From Octopus vulgaris (lineage: Eukaryota), in contig OX597818.1 in the NCBI GenBank assembly GCA_951406725.2, positions 99,572,001-99,636,000 of the forward strand: a DNA stretch of 64,000 nucleotides, written 5' to 3'. Position 1 is the first letter of the stretch. Each line of letters begins with the position of its first letter. The notes under the pieces are model-generated. The model was given only the letters and a program-made list of their open reading frames with translations, did no database searches and was not told the origin of the DNA. Positions 13,957 through 27,090 of this stretch are shown piece by piece. Made by a program: the position numbers and the translations under genes.

Positions 13957-14168
13957 GACGGCGAGTTGGCTGGATCGTTAGCATGCCGATAAAATGCTTA
14001 TCAACATTTCGTCCAACTTTACGTTCGGTTTTCGAATTCAACCGAGGTCAACTTTGCATTTTATTCTTTCAAGGTTGACAAAATGTGTACCAGTTGATCA
14101 CTGGTGTTGTGCAATCGACTGGATCCCTCCTTCAAGATTTCAGATCCTGAACCTACAGTAAGAAGGAT
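13957..14168 (+). mobile_element. SINE family B, degenerate
   Basis: 'ggcgagttggc..atcgttagcatgccg..aaatgctta...gaggtcaactttgc'. Confidence 0.75.
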
Positions 14169-15362
14169 ATTTAGATATCCTTGGGTAGAATCTTATTATG
14201 AGTGTCTAATGTATTTTCTCTTTTGAGGAGAAGGAAAATATGTTGCTCCAGAAGAGCAATATATTTTCCTTCTTAAAAATCAATGATACTATTCAAATAC
14301 AGACAAAGACTATCTATATTAGAACTGATACGTCGGAGCTGATATTCAAATAATCTACCCACACGAATATTTTTGTTGCCTACTTTCGATTTTGAATTCT
14401 GCAATAATTTTGAACAGAAATAGTGCGTTGAAAGCAACATTGTTATATCAGGGAAGAATCATAATATATAAATCTACCATTATAAAAACTCACCACCTGT
14501 TGTTTATCTTAGAATATATTTCACATCTTTTTTTGTTTCGAACTTCCTGAAAATAATGAAACACTATCCTCCGCAGAATGTCTGTTAACTGCAGTGTTAA
14601 GAATATGGTTATTTTGCTTTCTGATTTATTACTGGTAGAATATGTAGAAGACAGTGTGACTAAAAGTTTCATATTTATTTCTGTATTAACTCTATAACTG
14701 GGAATCGTGTCTAATGTTTACACATTGGCGTTAAATTAATGCTGACTTATGAAATAACCATCTTTATGGATTTAATCAAGACACTTATGTTGCTTAAAGA
14801 TTCATTTGCAACTAAAATTAAGAATAATGAAGAATCGATAAGATGTCAGACAGGCTATTGAAGACTAGCTGCTTCTTATCACGACAGGAGTGATGCATTA
14901 TATCTATGATCAAAATGCTATAACAAAAATGACTATGTCCACCTAATAACAATTAAGTACAGTCTCTAGGAACCGCTTAGCATAATAAACACTATTGACT
15001 AGAAGCATGGAAAAAGTGGGAACCAAAGTCGAAGCAACTATGGGTTTGATCTCATTACCGCTACACACTGAACTTAAACAAGATGAGAACCAAATGCATT
15101 TGTGTGTTACATTATGTATATGTTTAATACTTGGTTGAATAGAACTCTGCACATCACCATACTTATTTTATACATGCTAACGCTATGAAGAATAATATAG
15201 TGGTTTGTACTCAGAACGAATAGTGACGTAACAACAAACTAAGCCGTTTAATTTCGCACTCCTGTTACTCAGGATTAAGAACAACTGAAACCAAAACATC
15301 GTTTCTACAATCACCGTAAATGCATACACACACACACGCACACACACACACACGCGCACACA

Positions 15363-15403
<41 letters not shown>

Positions 15404-16476
15404 AGACATCAGAGGCGACTCCATGTCATCAGCTTCACTCCGGTTCACAAACCTCGCGTAAGACACATGCCTGCTGGAAGAATTTCACGTTTTCCCGCAA
15501 CATTTCTATCCCCAAATGGCCAATTTTTTTTTTATATCTAACACTATGTCTTTCTCCATTTCTAGGTTAAGGGTAAAAATAAAGCAATCCTGCAAAACAC
15601 AACTGATCTTTACACATAGACGCACAGAATAACAGCGGGATGTATAAAAAACAACAGCGATCTGACTGTCACTTGCACTTTTGACAAGAGATGCCACTTA
15701 GTTTTTTACACCTACCAGGCTCGTTCTTATTAACCCGAGTTGCTGGATAATTTTTCGTTCCTTTAAGGATATTGTAGAACGAAAACTTTTCATAGATTGG
15801 AATTTAAATCCTAATCTCTATAGAAATTTATTGTTTCAAGAGAAAAGTGAATTTGAATTACTTAAGATTTTTACGATTATAGATAACAATCCGGGTTGTA
15901 ACTTCTGAGTTGGAATCAGGCGCGTGTGAATGATGTCGAGAGAACCTCTGCTACAAATGATATTTTTTGACACAGTGCACCTCTAAGACACCGCCAGACA
16001 CTGAAAGAAAATAAATTACCTGCGACCAGGCTCAATAAAAGGAGCCCGAGTTACTGGCTGCAATTACATACTTGATATTAGTGTTGGCAGAAATTAATTC
16101 AGCTTGCAAAACACGTTCACTTTACTAAATTTACACTCGGGCTAAGCTCGAACAGCCCGAGTGCCGGAGTCGCCATTGATATGTATACACACACACACAC
16201 ATATATAATATATATATATATATATATATAATATAAACACACATGCACACATATATGTATATGCATATACACATCCACACACTCATATATATACATGCAA
16301 TAAACACATCTATATATATATGTGTGTGTGTGCATGTGTGTGCGTGTGTGCGTGTGTGTGTATGTATAGATATGCACACACATATACATACAAACAAAGA
16401 ACTTCAAGGCTGTATTTATAAACCTCAATTATTATAACTGTTTATATATGTTACTCCGCCATAGGTGTATGTATGA

Positions 16477-16507
<31 letters not shown>

Positions 16508-16834
16508 TGTGTGTTTGCGTGTATATATGAACATAGATATACGTAAACGCACATTAACACACACATATAGACATATATACTTATAATTAGAGAGTGTGAG
16601 AAAGAGAATTGAAATGTATATAGAACAGAGAGAAATGTCCATAGGTAGAGTGTAATACACCTGTAGGTAGAGACATGAATAATGAGAAGTTTGTGCCAAT
16701 TCATGAAGTACTGTTGGAACCAGTCCCACTAGGTAATTGGAATAAACAGAAAAATATCAGCTCCTAATTAGATGACACAGCATAGCCATACAATAACCAT
16801 CCATCTATATTCACATGAAATAAGTACTCATCTA

Positions 16835-16938
<104 letters not shown>

Positions 16939-17214
16939 CCTACTTATCTATCTGTCTGTCTGTCTGTCTCTCTGTCTATCTACCTACCTACCTACCTACC
17001 TACCTACCTACCTACCTACCTACCTATCTACTTCCCAGCCTTCCTATCTATCTATCTACTAGCCTACTTACCTACTCTTTCCAGCCTTCCTCCCTCCCTT
17101 CCTATCCAAACACCTCCCTACTTACCTTCCTACCTATCTACATACCTACCTCCCTACCTCCCTACCTCCCTCCCTACCTACATACCTATCTACCTACCCA
17201 CCTACCTCCCTCCA

Positions 17215-17295
<81 letters not shown>

Positions 17296-17297
<2 letters not shown>

Positions 17298-17935
17298 GTG
17301 TGAGGCATTTCAACGCAGGGTGGACTTCAGTGCCTACCTACACAGCCTGCCACGACTCTCAACAAGAAAGGCAGGGCGCTGCGTAAGTGCAATCACGGCG
17401 GGATGCGATGGCAGAATGCTCGAGGGACAAATCGGGTTTCGATGGTCTACCTACGAGTTTACAGCTGTATGCCAGACTTGTTTGGAGACGTCTTGGCGGC
17501 AGTGTACTGCAACTGCCAGCAAAACGGGAGCATCCCCGGTTTTGTTAGCCAAGGAGCCGTAACGCTACTGAAGAAAGATCCAAAACAAGGTGACGTACTA
17601 GATAACTTTAGGCCCATCACTCTGCTCAATGCAGACTTGAAAATTTTGGCCAAGGTGATAGCCAAGAGGTTGGCGCTTGTCCTCAAGAAACTGGTCGACA
17701 AGGCGCAAACGTGCTCCGTGCCGGGCCGGAGCATCCATGACAACCTCCATCTAATGCGCTACATCATAGACAGGGTAGTTAAGGAACCTGGCATGGGTGG
17801 GGTCCTGATCAATTTGGATTAATCGAAAGCTTTCGATAGGGTAGACCATCGATAATTGGAGGCTGTGCTCATAGCGGCTGCTTTCGGTCCCGTCTTTCGC
17901 GGCAGGATACCTGCTTTATACAGAGGCATCTGTAT
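17296..17935 (+). pseudogene. Reverse transcriptase fragment of a Tx1/L1-clade LINE
   Basis: GFDGLPTS/..[59 protein letters not shown], with a frameshift and an in-frame stop. Confidence 0.9.
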
Positions 17936-18035
17936 GTACATAAATATGGAACTGTACACGTATGAAGATATGTATATAAATACATATATGTATGTACGTT
18001 TGTACACACGTGTACAAATATAAACATATGCATGT

Positions 18036-18099
<64 letters not shown>

Positions 18100-18344
18100 G
18101 TATGTATATATACATATATATATATATACATATTTATACATGTATGCAAATGTATATGTATTATATGTACATTTATCTATATGTTTGTGTGTGATTGTAT
18201 GAGTGTGTGCGTGTGTGTGTGTCTGTATGTGTTTGCATGCATATACATATATACATACATATGTACATTTATACATGTATACAAATATATATGCATTTTA
18301 TGTATATATATCTATATGCGTGTGCGTATTTTTCTTTGGGTATG

Positions 18345-18545
18345 TGTTCGTGTCTCACCACTACTTGGCAATCGGTTTTGGTGTGTTTATGTCCCGTAAC
18401 GAAGCAGTTCGGTATAAAAAGGTCGATGGAATAAATACTATGCTTATAAAAAGAAGTAGAGGGTCAATTTGTTCTACTAAAATTTTTTCAAGACAGTGTC
18501 CCAACATGATCGCAGTAAAATGATTTAAGCAAGTAAAAGATGAAA
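18345..18545 (+). mobile_element. 3' half of SINE family A, degenerate
   Basis: 'ggtgtgtttatgtcccgtaac..gcagttcgg...aagtaaaaga'. Confidence 0.7.
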
Positions 18546-18774
18546 GATACATACATACATATCCATACACATACACACACATACACACACATATATATAT
18601 ATATATATACAGTAGTTGTATACTGTCAACTTAATGTGACAGTCCCATGAAGGGAATCACACCACTACTATTTAGCCCTAGGAAGCATCAACGCTTCCTG
18701 TCGGCCTTGACACATTTCCTGTGTCCTTACGTTTACAAGGGGGAGACAAGCAACCCACCCAGCTAAGCCTGCAC

Positions 18775-18815
18775 CCAGAGACTAGTTTCTGAGTCTTTGC
18801 TCGTCATCACTCTGG
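18775..18815 (-). ncRNA. Type I hammerhead-like motif (C3>G variant) inside TA-flanked element 18611-18987
   Basis: Minus strand: ccaga-GTGATGA-c gag(caaaga)ctc a-GAAA-ctag-TC|tctgg. Stem I is 5 bp; stem III is the palindrome ACTAGT. Confidence 0.7.
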
Positions 18816-18980
18816 AGTATCATGGCCTGCTAGTTGGAGATGCCTGTCTAGCCCTTGTAAACATATAAGAATTCTAGTGAAATAAATCCACTGATTACAA
18901 AACTAGAAATATTACATTTCTAAATATCTCAGAGAGATATAAGCACTACTGCTTATGTCTCTTTGAGATATTTAGAAATG

Positions 18981-19020
<40 letters not shown>

Positions 19021-19023
<3 letters not shown>

Positions 19024-19140
19024 GAAGACCGTAGGCTCAAAACGTAAAAGACTTTTTCTATTCCTGAGCGTTATACTAATACATCTGTTTGTTTTGTACA
19101 CCACATATCGTCGTCGTTTGTTTTTTCGTAAACTCTCCCT
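19021..19140 (+). mobile_element. Short TA-flanked repeat with an HHR-like motif; copies at 33274-33455 (+), 41695-41785 (-) and 53288-53415 (-)
   Basis: Shared 'gtagaaga..gtaggctc(g)aaac.taaaa.actttttctattcctgagcgttatactaatacatctgtttgttttgtacaccac'. Confidence 0.8.
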
Positions 19141-19289
19141 ATATATGTATATATAGATTCAGAAGAATATGATACCTAAGTTGAAGGCACCATAATTTAG
19201 TATGGTATTATTCATATAATTTAAAATAAGGTGATTATATCATTGTTGCTTATTCTGATATATATGTATGTATATATTTCAAAATGTAA

Positions 19290-19474
19290 CCACGTGCGTA
19301 TCGTTGGCGATTTTCTTCTTCCGCCTTCCCTTCTTTTGGACTTTCCTCTATTTCTGAAGAAGAGCTTTGCTCGAAACGTAAGATTTTCTTTCATTCCTTT
19401 CCTGAGCGTCTGATAATACAGTACTTGTACTACGTCCTTATATTGTTGTGTTTTCTTATTTGTTATTTCTTCTT

Positions 19475-19478
<4 letters not shown>
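19290..19478 (+). mobile_element. Short TA-flanked element with a minimal hammerhead core (19351-19384)
   Basis: ttt-CTGAAGA-a-gagc(ttt)gctc-GAAAC-GTA|aga. Confidence 0.7.
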
Positions 19479-19515
<37 letters not shown>

Positions 19516-20023
19516 GGATAATGCTATGTACGTACAATTATTTCGATAGAAATATAGACAGGCAGACAAACAGATACATCGATAGATAAGCTGGCAGGCA
19601 TTTTAAAAATCAATGCACGAATCTAAAGGTTATGTGTTCAGATCTTAACGAAGCCAATTAATATTGTACTGTACGAAAATATTTTGTATGAAAATATAAT
19701 CCATATAAAACGTAGAAATTTCTCTGTGTGTATATATATATATGAAATAGTTGCATGTATACGTCTATATGTTTATGAGTTCGTGTCTGTGTGTGTAGGG
19801 TGGCTTGTGTCTTTGTATAAATATATGTGTGTATATGGTGTGCAATGTCAGAGAATTTGGAAGGCTGCATCAATAAAAGTGAGAGTGAATATGATGTATC
19901 GATTATTCTCTTCTGTGCAACATACAAAGATTATTTATACGTACTATATACATATGCATGTCTGTCTCAGTCTCTGCACTTTTGTGTGTATGAATAAATA
20001 AGAATATACCAATATATGTAAGC

Positions 20024-20064
<41 letters not shown>

Positions 20065-20516
20065 TACATACGCGCGTGCATATATACATATGTATATATG
20101 AATGTTTTTATACATATAAGTACAGGCACACACATACACACATATGTATATGAAAGAGTAAGACTGTGTGTGTGGATATATATATATGTGCTGTATGTAT
20201 GTGTGTGGGTATATATTTGGAGTGTGAGTGTTGTATTGCTTAATTATTAGTTCCGATTATGCAGCTGTTCAATTTAAAGACATGACTTCCAGCATCATTT
20301 CAACTGTTTGGGCGAAACAGCTGTTATTTGAAAGTCAAATTACTGAACTTTGAAAGACCCAGGCATTGTTAAAATTTGTCATTATCTTCATAAACCCGCC
20401 TCTCTCCCCACTGTCTCTCTCTATTTTTCTCTCATGTTATGTCACTTCTCTCTCTCTATCAATATATATATATATGTACGTGTATGTCTGTGTGGATAAT
20501 CATAGATCGATATGTA

Positions 20517-20552
<36 letters not shown>

Positions 20553-21224
20553 ACGATGGTGTTTCTTCCTTCCCCCTTTCTTTCGTTTAGAAAATCAGAC
20601 ACATGCAAAGCAAGCATAATTTCTTCCACAGTCTTTTATTCAAGTTTTGGACAATATATACTGCGATATCCGCTGTCGTTCCAAGTTCGTTGACATCCGT
20701 CTAATGAGTAGCTTAAACGGTGATTATCTCACCGCATCACTTACTTGATATGACTAAATCTTTATCTGGCAGCATCACTCGAAATACTGATTAACCAATT
20801 AAACCAATGTTGTGATTCTTACATCAGTTTATAGCTGATGATTGAATACTTCAGTGATCTCATTTTCATAAAGTTCAAACCTCACTCATGCCACTTAATA
20901 CATCAGTATAATCTTAGATACTCTCTACTCACAGCCCGTTCCCGCTATTTTCTGAGGTTGACTATTTTAATTGCTCAAACGATTAAAGGAGGCAAACAGC
21001 AGATTATAATTAGAATACACACGCATACACACATTCATATACGCATATGTATGTAGTATTATTTATTACCTATTACATATGTTTCATTACCTAATAGGAG
21101 TTACTGGTATGCATATAAAATAAACATGTAAGATATAACCATTAGTGATTCTCTAATACTATCCTGCCTCTGTGTGTGTCTCTCTCTATATACATCTATG
21201 TAAATTTGTATGCATATATGTATG

Positions 21225-21247
<23 letters not shown>

Positions 21248-21257
<10 letters not shown>

Positions 21258-21738
21258 GAGGATAATATCGATATTTAAGTGTCGAAATTATCAAGTGGCC
21301 AGCATGAAAGAAATACCTTACAAAGGTAAAAAAATTTTTAACAATTAAAAATGAGGGTGTCTAAAAGACACCAACATACCGAAATAGCAGTCGAAACACT
21401 GACTATAGTACCACGTTAAATGTTCATATCGCACCATGAGGTAAAGCGGAGGGACAAAACATACAAGCAAAAATTATTGAATAATTCAAGATCCAAGGAT
21501 TTCTGGTTCTGCTTTAGATAAGCTTTACCGTCATCAATTGAATATATCAAGGGTACATAAATACAGATATATACATGCACAGCAAACGATATACTTACAT
21601 ATACGAGCGTCGTACATACATACATATGCACGTATGGACACAGCCAGTTTGAATCGCCCGCCAAATCACCGCATAAGTACGACATGGTTAAAATAAGCAC
21701 CGCAGTGAATATAATAACGAATTATATAAATTTATATA
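21248..21738 (-). mobile_element. 482-nt HHR-bearing monomer (left arm of an inverted pair)
   Basis: Reverse complement of 21737-22239 in a different circular permutation; HHR fold at 21484-21543 (-). Confidence 0.85.
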
Positions 21739-22238
21739 GACACCCTCATTTTTAATTGTTAAAAATTTTTTTACCTTTGTAAGGTATTTCTTTCATGCTG
21801 GCCACTTGATAATTTCGACACTTAAATATCGATATTATCCTCATATATAAATTTATATAATTCGTTATTATATTCACTGCGGTGCTTATTTTAACCATGT
21901 CGTACTTATGCGGTGATTTGGCGGGCGATTCAAACTGGCTGTGTCCATACGTGCATATGTATGTATGTACGACGCTCGTATATGTAAGTATATCGTTTGC
22001 TGTGCATGTATATATCTGTATTTATGTACCCTTGATATATTCAATTGATGACGGTAAAGCTTATCTAAAGCAGAACCAGAAATCCTTGGATCTTGAATTA
22101 TTCAATAATTTTTGCTTGTATGTTTTGTCCCTCCGCTTTACCTCATGGTGCGATATGAACATTTAACGTGGTACTATAGTCAGTGTTTCGACTGCTATTT
22201 CGGCATGTTGGTGTCTTTTAGACACCCTCATTTTTAAT

Positions 22239-22239
<1 letters not shown>
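21737..22239 (+). mobile_element. 482-nt HHR-bearing monomer with a 21-nt terminal direct repeat (right arm)
   Basis: 'tagacaccctcatttttaatt' occurs at 21737-21757 and 22219-22239. Confidence 0.85.
22039..22098 (+). ncRNA. Type I hammerhead-like motif (U3 variant)
   Basis: attcaa-TTGATGA-c ggt..gctt(atcta)aagc..acc a-GAAA-tcc(tt)gga-TC|ttgaat. Stem I is 6 bp; predicted cleavage after 22092. Confidence 0.75.
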
Positions 22240-22279
<40 letters not shown>

Positions 22280-22387
22280 ATCACGTGACCGACCAGATAA
22301 TCAGATGTTGTTACACATCGCTTGTCACAATGCGTTCGCATTGTTTTAGCCTTCGAATGACGCCACCCCGCTGGCTAAGCGAGCAGA

Positions 22388-22470
<83 letters not shown>

Positions 22471-22702
22471 ATATAATTTAGAGAAGACCCACTATTAAAC
22501 AATTCAATAATGAAAGATGTTATTCACACCATATAGAAAACATATACTATAAAAATATTGTACCAAAAATCAAAAATAAATAGTAAATAGTAGTACTATT
22601 TACTATTAAATTATATACATATATATATATATGATATATTGTGAAATTTGATTTAAAATTGCTAAATTGAATTTTTCCCTGTAAGTTTGGAATTATATTC
22701 CC

Positions 22703-22751
<49 letters not shown>

Positions 22752-22809
22752 GTTGTTGTTGTTGTTGTTGTTGTTGTTATTATTATTATTATTATATATT
22801 TAGACTTAC

Positions 22810-22843
22810 CGTTGTTTCTGATATGCATTTTAGGTGCATTCAT
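22810..22843 (-). CDS. Possible first coding exon MNAPKMHIRNN(G)
   Basis: aaccATG context, in-frame upstream TGA, strong G|GTAAGT donor; its phase 1 end is compatible with the 5801-5875 exon. Could be chance. Confidence 0.25.
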
Positions 22844-23959
22844 GGTTCAGTGTACTCAGTCTATTGATATTCCCTTATGAATAATCCTTTATACACACAC
22901 AAAAATGCACACACACACACACTCTCTCTCACACGCATACATTCACACACACATACATATCATCATCATCATTATCATCATCATCATCATCGTCATTGTC
23001 GTCATCATAATTACTCCTGGATATAGGTAGAATGAAAGTGTGGATACGCCACCTATAATGATAGAACAAACGACGTACGGGCGTGTATTATCATAGAGTC
23101 TCACAAAATCAGGCAGACACACTTTAAATGCAAATACTTTCCAAAATAGATGAATACACGGAAAGCATAACACAAGAACAATGTCAAATGCATACACACA
23201 CAGAGGGAAAAAAAAAAAGATTTTTTCACACATTATTATGGTCAAAGCAACACGGAATCATGATCATAGGATGACACACAGTCGTATACAGACAAGCAGA
23301 GAAGCAATCGCATATACACATATACACACACGTGTACAAATATAAACATATATTCATCTCCATTTTGCATTTCCATACAGCACGTTTCCATAGCAATCTC
23401 TTTGGAGTTTGCTGACGCAAGATCAAAGCAATGGAACGCATCGGGTGTTCTGTCCAATATACAAGGAATATATTAAAAACTGAGACCAGCGGTTACTTTA
23501 CGGCTGATCATTACAAAAACAGGATATAGAAAACAGAACCCAAAATTCCATAGACTTGGTTTCCGTTTCTATTCTATGCTTTGCTTTGGATCAGTGAAAT
23601 CGGAATTGATAAGGGAAAAAAAAAAAAGAAATGAAAAACAATCTGGGTGAGAAAATTATTTGAAAAAAAAAAAATTGAAATGAAGGGAAAAAATTTAGTA
23701 TCGTAGACGAGGCATAAAATAAAATAAATAAAAAAAGAAAATTGGTATATTTGGTTTAGGGTAATACAAGTTTTTGAGTATATATGTGTACGTGTATGAT
23801 GCATGTTTATGCATATATATTGCCACACACACACACATTTATATATATATATATATATGTACATGTATATATGCTTATATAAATACATATATATATATTT
23901 GTATATGCATATATACCTATATGTATATTTATATATAGTTATCTCGCCTTCACGGTCCC

Positions 23960-24001
<42 letters not shown>

Positions 24002-24066
24002 CATATGCACATACGTATATAGGAGTGTAATACTCTATATATGTGTGTGTACATACAAACACTAAG

Positions 24067-24098
<32 letters not shown>

Positions 24099-24227
24099 AT
24101 ATATACATATATATATATATATACGCACACATATATGCGAACAGATATTGTATATACATAATTGAATACTTGCACAAATGTTTGCACAGTATGTAGGCAC
24201 GCGCACACACACACATCCACACACACA

Positions 24228-24261
<34 letters not shown>

Positions 24262-24584
24262 TATATATATGTACACACGTTCCTGTATATGCATGTGTAT
24301 GCGAATTCATTAAGTCCTTATCAACTCACAACACCTTATGATGTTTTGAGTACAATCGTGTTTCAAAGCCAATATCACTCTCTATCTTTTTTCTTTCTGT
24401 CTCTCTTCCCTCCCTAAGCACTATGTCAGTGCTTCGGAAAATGTGTTTTCGTAATTGGACTCCAGTGAGACGAAGAATATGAACTTAGTATACAAGGAAC
24501 AGCAAGAGACAGGGCAGGTTATCACGTATGTCTCCATCAATTCCATGAATCTGGTATTCTTGACTGTTAATATTTTACAGTCAA

Positions 24585-24752
24585 GATACTTAGCGGCATT
24601 TTGTCCATCGTTACGTTCTGAGTTCAAATTCCGCTGAGGTCGACTTTGCCTTCTTTCATTTCGATGTCGATAAAGTAAGCACTCCGAGATCGATGTATTT
24701 AATTATCTCCCTTACCCCAAATCCAATGCTTCGTGCCAAAATTTGAAACCAA
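24585..24752 (+). mobile_element. SINE family B (another degenerate copy at about 25226-25400)
   Basis: 'cttagcggcatttt...gttctgagttcaaattccgctgaggtcgactttgcc'. Confidence 0.8.
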
Positions 24753-25756
24753 TATACTTATCTATCCTGGGAAAATGAGAGTTATCATTAACCACAGCAG
24801 AACTTGTACTGAGAGAGTAGAGAGATGAATCAAACACTGCAAACCATCCTACTCCTGGTTCTCATATGACTTTGCCTATTCACTGCCCTTCCAGGCAAGT
24901 ACAAAATATATATCAATGCATACACACACACACACACCTACGCGCATTCATACGCGCATAAACACTCACACGCAAGCGTGTGCACACACATATACATATA
25001 CAGTAAAGATGAAGTGAAGCGCTCTTGACCTTTTTCAGGGTCTCCGATATGGGAGGAACAAGATATTCTTAGAATGAAAACGAAGACATGACAAAGCTGT
25101 TGCCAAGTGTGATTGGTATGTAATGATCTTCTTAACTTCACATCATCCATAAAACGTTCCCTTATCAGCACACCTTGCCACTTGCTTAAGGAAAGAAAAA
25201 TTAGCCTTTCAGGTCTAGCTTTATCAGGTGGCCAATTGTCAGAATCAACAGGGCATGTGGCGAATTACTTAGTTGCAGTCGTTCCGGTTCTCTACACACG
25301 TAGTTTAAGCCCTGCCGAGGTACTCTTTGCTTTTTAATCTTTTGGAGTCGATAAATATAATATCAGTCCTGTACTGTGGTCGATTCTTCTCTTTTTCCTC
25401 ACCTTGCCTATTTGTCTGGCTTTATGATTCGGAAGAAGTCAGTTGTGATCAAACCTGGGGAATATTGCAATTCACCTGGTGTAAAATCAGTCAAGAAACA
25501 GCTTATATCACGACGGTACTCTTATGACTCCCCTACAGTGTTGCGACTCCAAGGCCATGCAACACAAGACCATATTTATCTTCAACTTACTTGAACGTAG
25601 AATTTCATGTTTCCGTGGAGTCTATTGGGCAAATCAACCTAGTAATATTCATTTCTTTCAACGTTGGGACTAATATATTCGAAGATTTAAGACCAGTATA
25701 GTACACTGTAAAAGACCATCACTCATTCAGCAACTATACAACTGGTAACAGCAAAT

Positions 25757-25955
25757 GGCACTGTCTTAATAACTATTGACGATACCGCTCTAATAACTAT
25801 TTACGGCATCGTGTTGATAAATATTTATAGCACTGGCTTGGTAACTATTTACGACATTGTGTTGATAACGATTTATGGCACCGTCATGATAACTATTTCC
25901 AGCACCGTGTTGATAAGTATTTATGGCAAAGTTTTGATAACTATGTATGACAACG
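25757..25955. repeat. 24-bp minisatellite, about 8 diverged copies
   Basis: Unit approximately ggcaccgtgttgataactatttat. Confidence 0.85.
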
Positions 25956-26512
25956 ATTTTATCACGATTTTCAACCCAAATAGGCTGAGGGTCATATTAG
26001 GGTTAAACACAGAAAGCTGGTGACAGAAGCAAATCGTTCAAATATGTGCAGGTTTGTTCAATGTCTAAATGTCAGCAATGAGTTACAGTTAATATGATAA
26101 TTATTTTTTCGGGTTATTAATGTCATCTTTAGAGATACAAAACGTTTTAAATATTCTATTCAGTCTCGGAAACTTGATTTCTAAATTAATGAACTAATGT
26201 TAGTAACTCACTTATCTACCATATATCATTGACTCGCATATGTATGCCTGTGTGTATGACAGTGGCCTAATGGCGAAGAACTTCACTACCCTCAGTTTAG
26301 AAAAAAAAAAAAAAAAGAAAAAGGAAGGTTCAAGTTTTAATGCAGTAACTTACTATATATACGTCCAGAAATAAGACACCTATCTACAATCAGAGATCAA
26401 AACGATCAAAAGGTAATGCACATCTAAGTATTGAAAATACCCTTCATCTCTGAAGATGGAGTTTAATAGTCTGAAAAATAATAATCGTATTCTAAAGCTA
26501 ATTGCCTTGACA

Positions 26513-26581
<69 letters not shown>

Positions 26582-27058
26582 CGTGTATATTTATAGCGCC
26601 TGTGTGTATATATATATACATGTGTATATACATATATTTGAAGGGTAACGAGAGTCGTGTTTTCAACATATATATAGAAGAGAGGATTATATAAAAGGAC
26701 CTAAAGGTTTTGTGCAATCAACCTTATTGTCGACAGCAATCATCATGACACACATACACATATACACAGGAACGCATACACATACATTTGCATATATATA
26801 CATATACGCATACACATCTTTATATCTTTAAGCGCATATACCTATACATATGCATATAAGTATGTATGTATATATATGCATCTATATATATGTGTGCGTA
26901 TATATAATTTATATATATATGTGTATATATATGTATATATATATATATATGTGCATTAATACATGCAAATATATATGTGCGTGTGAGTATGCATGTATTT
27001 ATGTCTATACGTGTGTATATGCGTGAATGTGTGTGTGCGTATCTGTGTGTGTGAGTGT

Positions 27059-27090
<32 letters not shown>

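Noticed and set aside
21416-22166. Identical 94-aa ORFs on opposite strands
   Set aside because: A by-product of the inverted duplication; GTG start and no recognisable domain.
25042-25116. Plus-strand exon-like segment (ctttttcag...gtatgt)
   Set aside because: Stops in all three frames.
25757-25955. CRISPR-like periodicity
   Set aside because: Contiguous 24-bp tandem units with no unique spacers, eukaryotic context, no cas genes.
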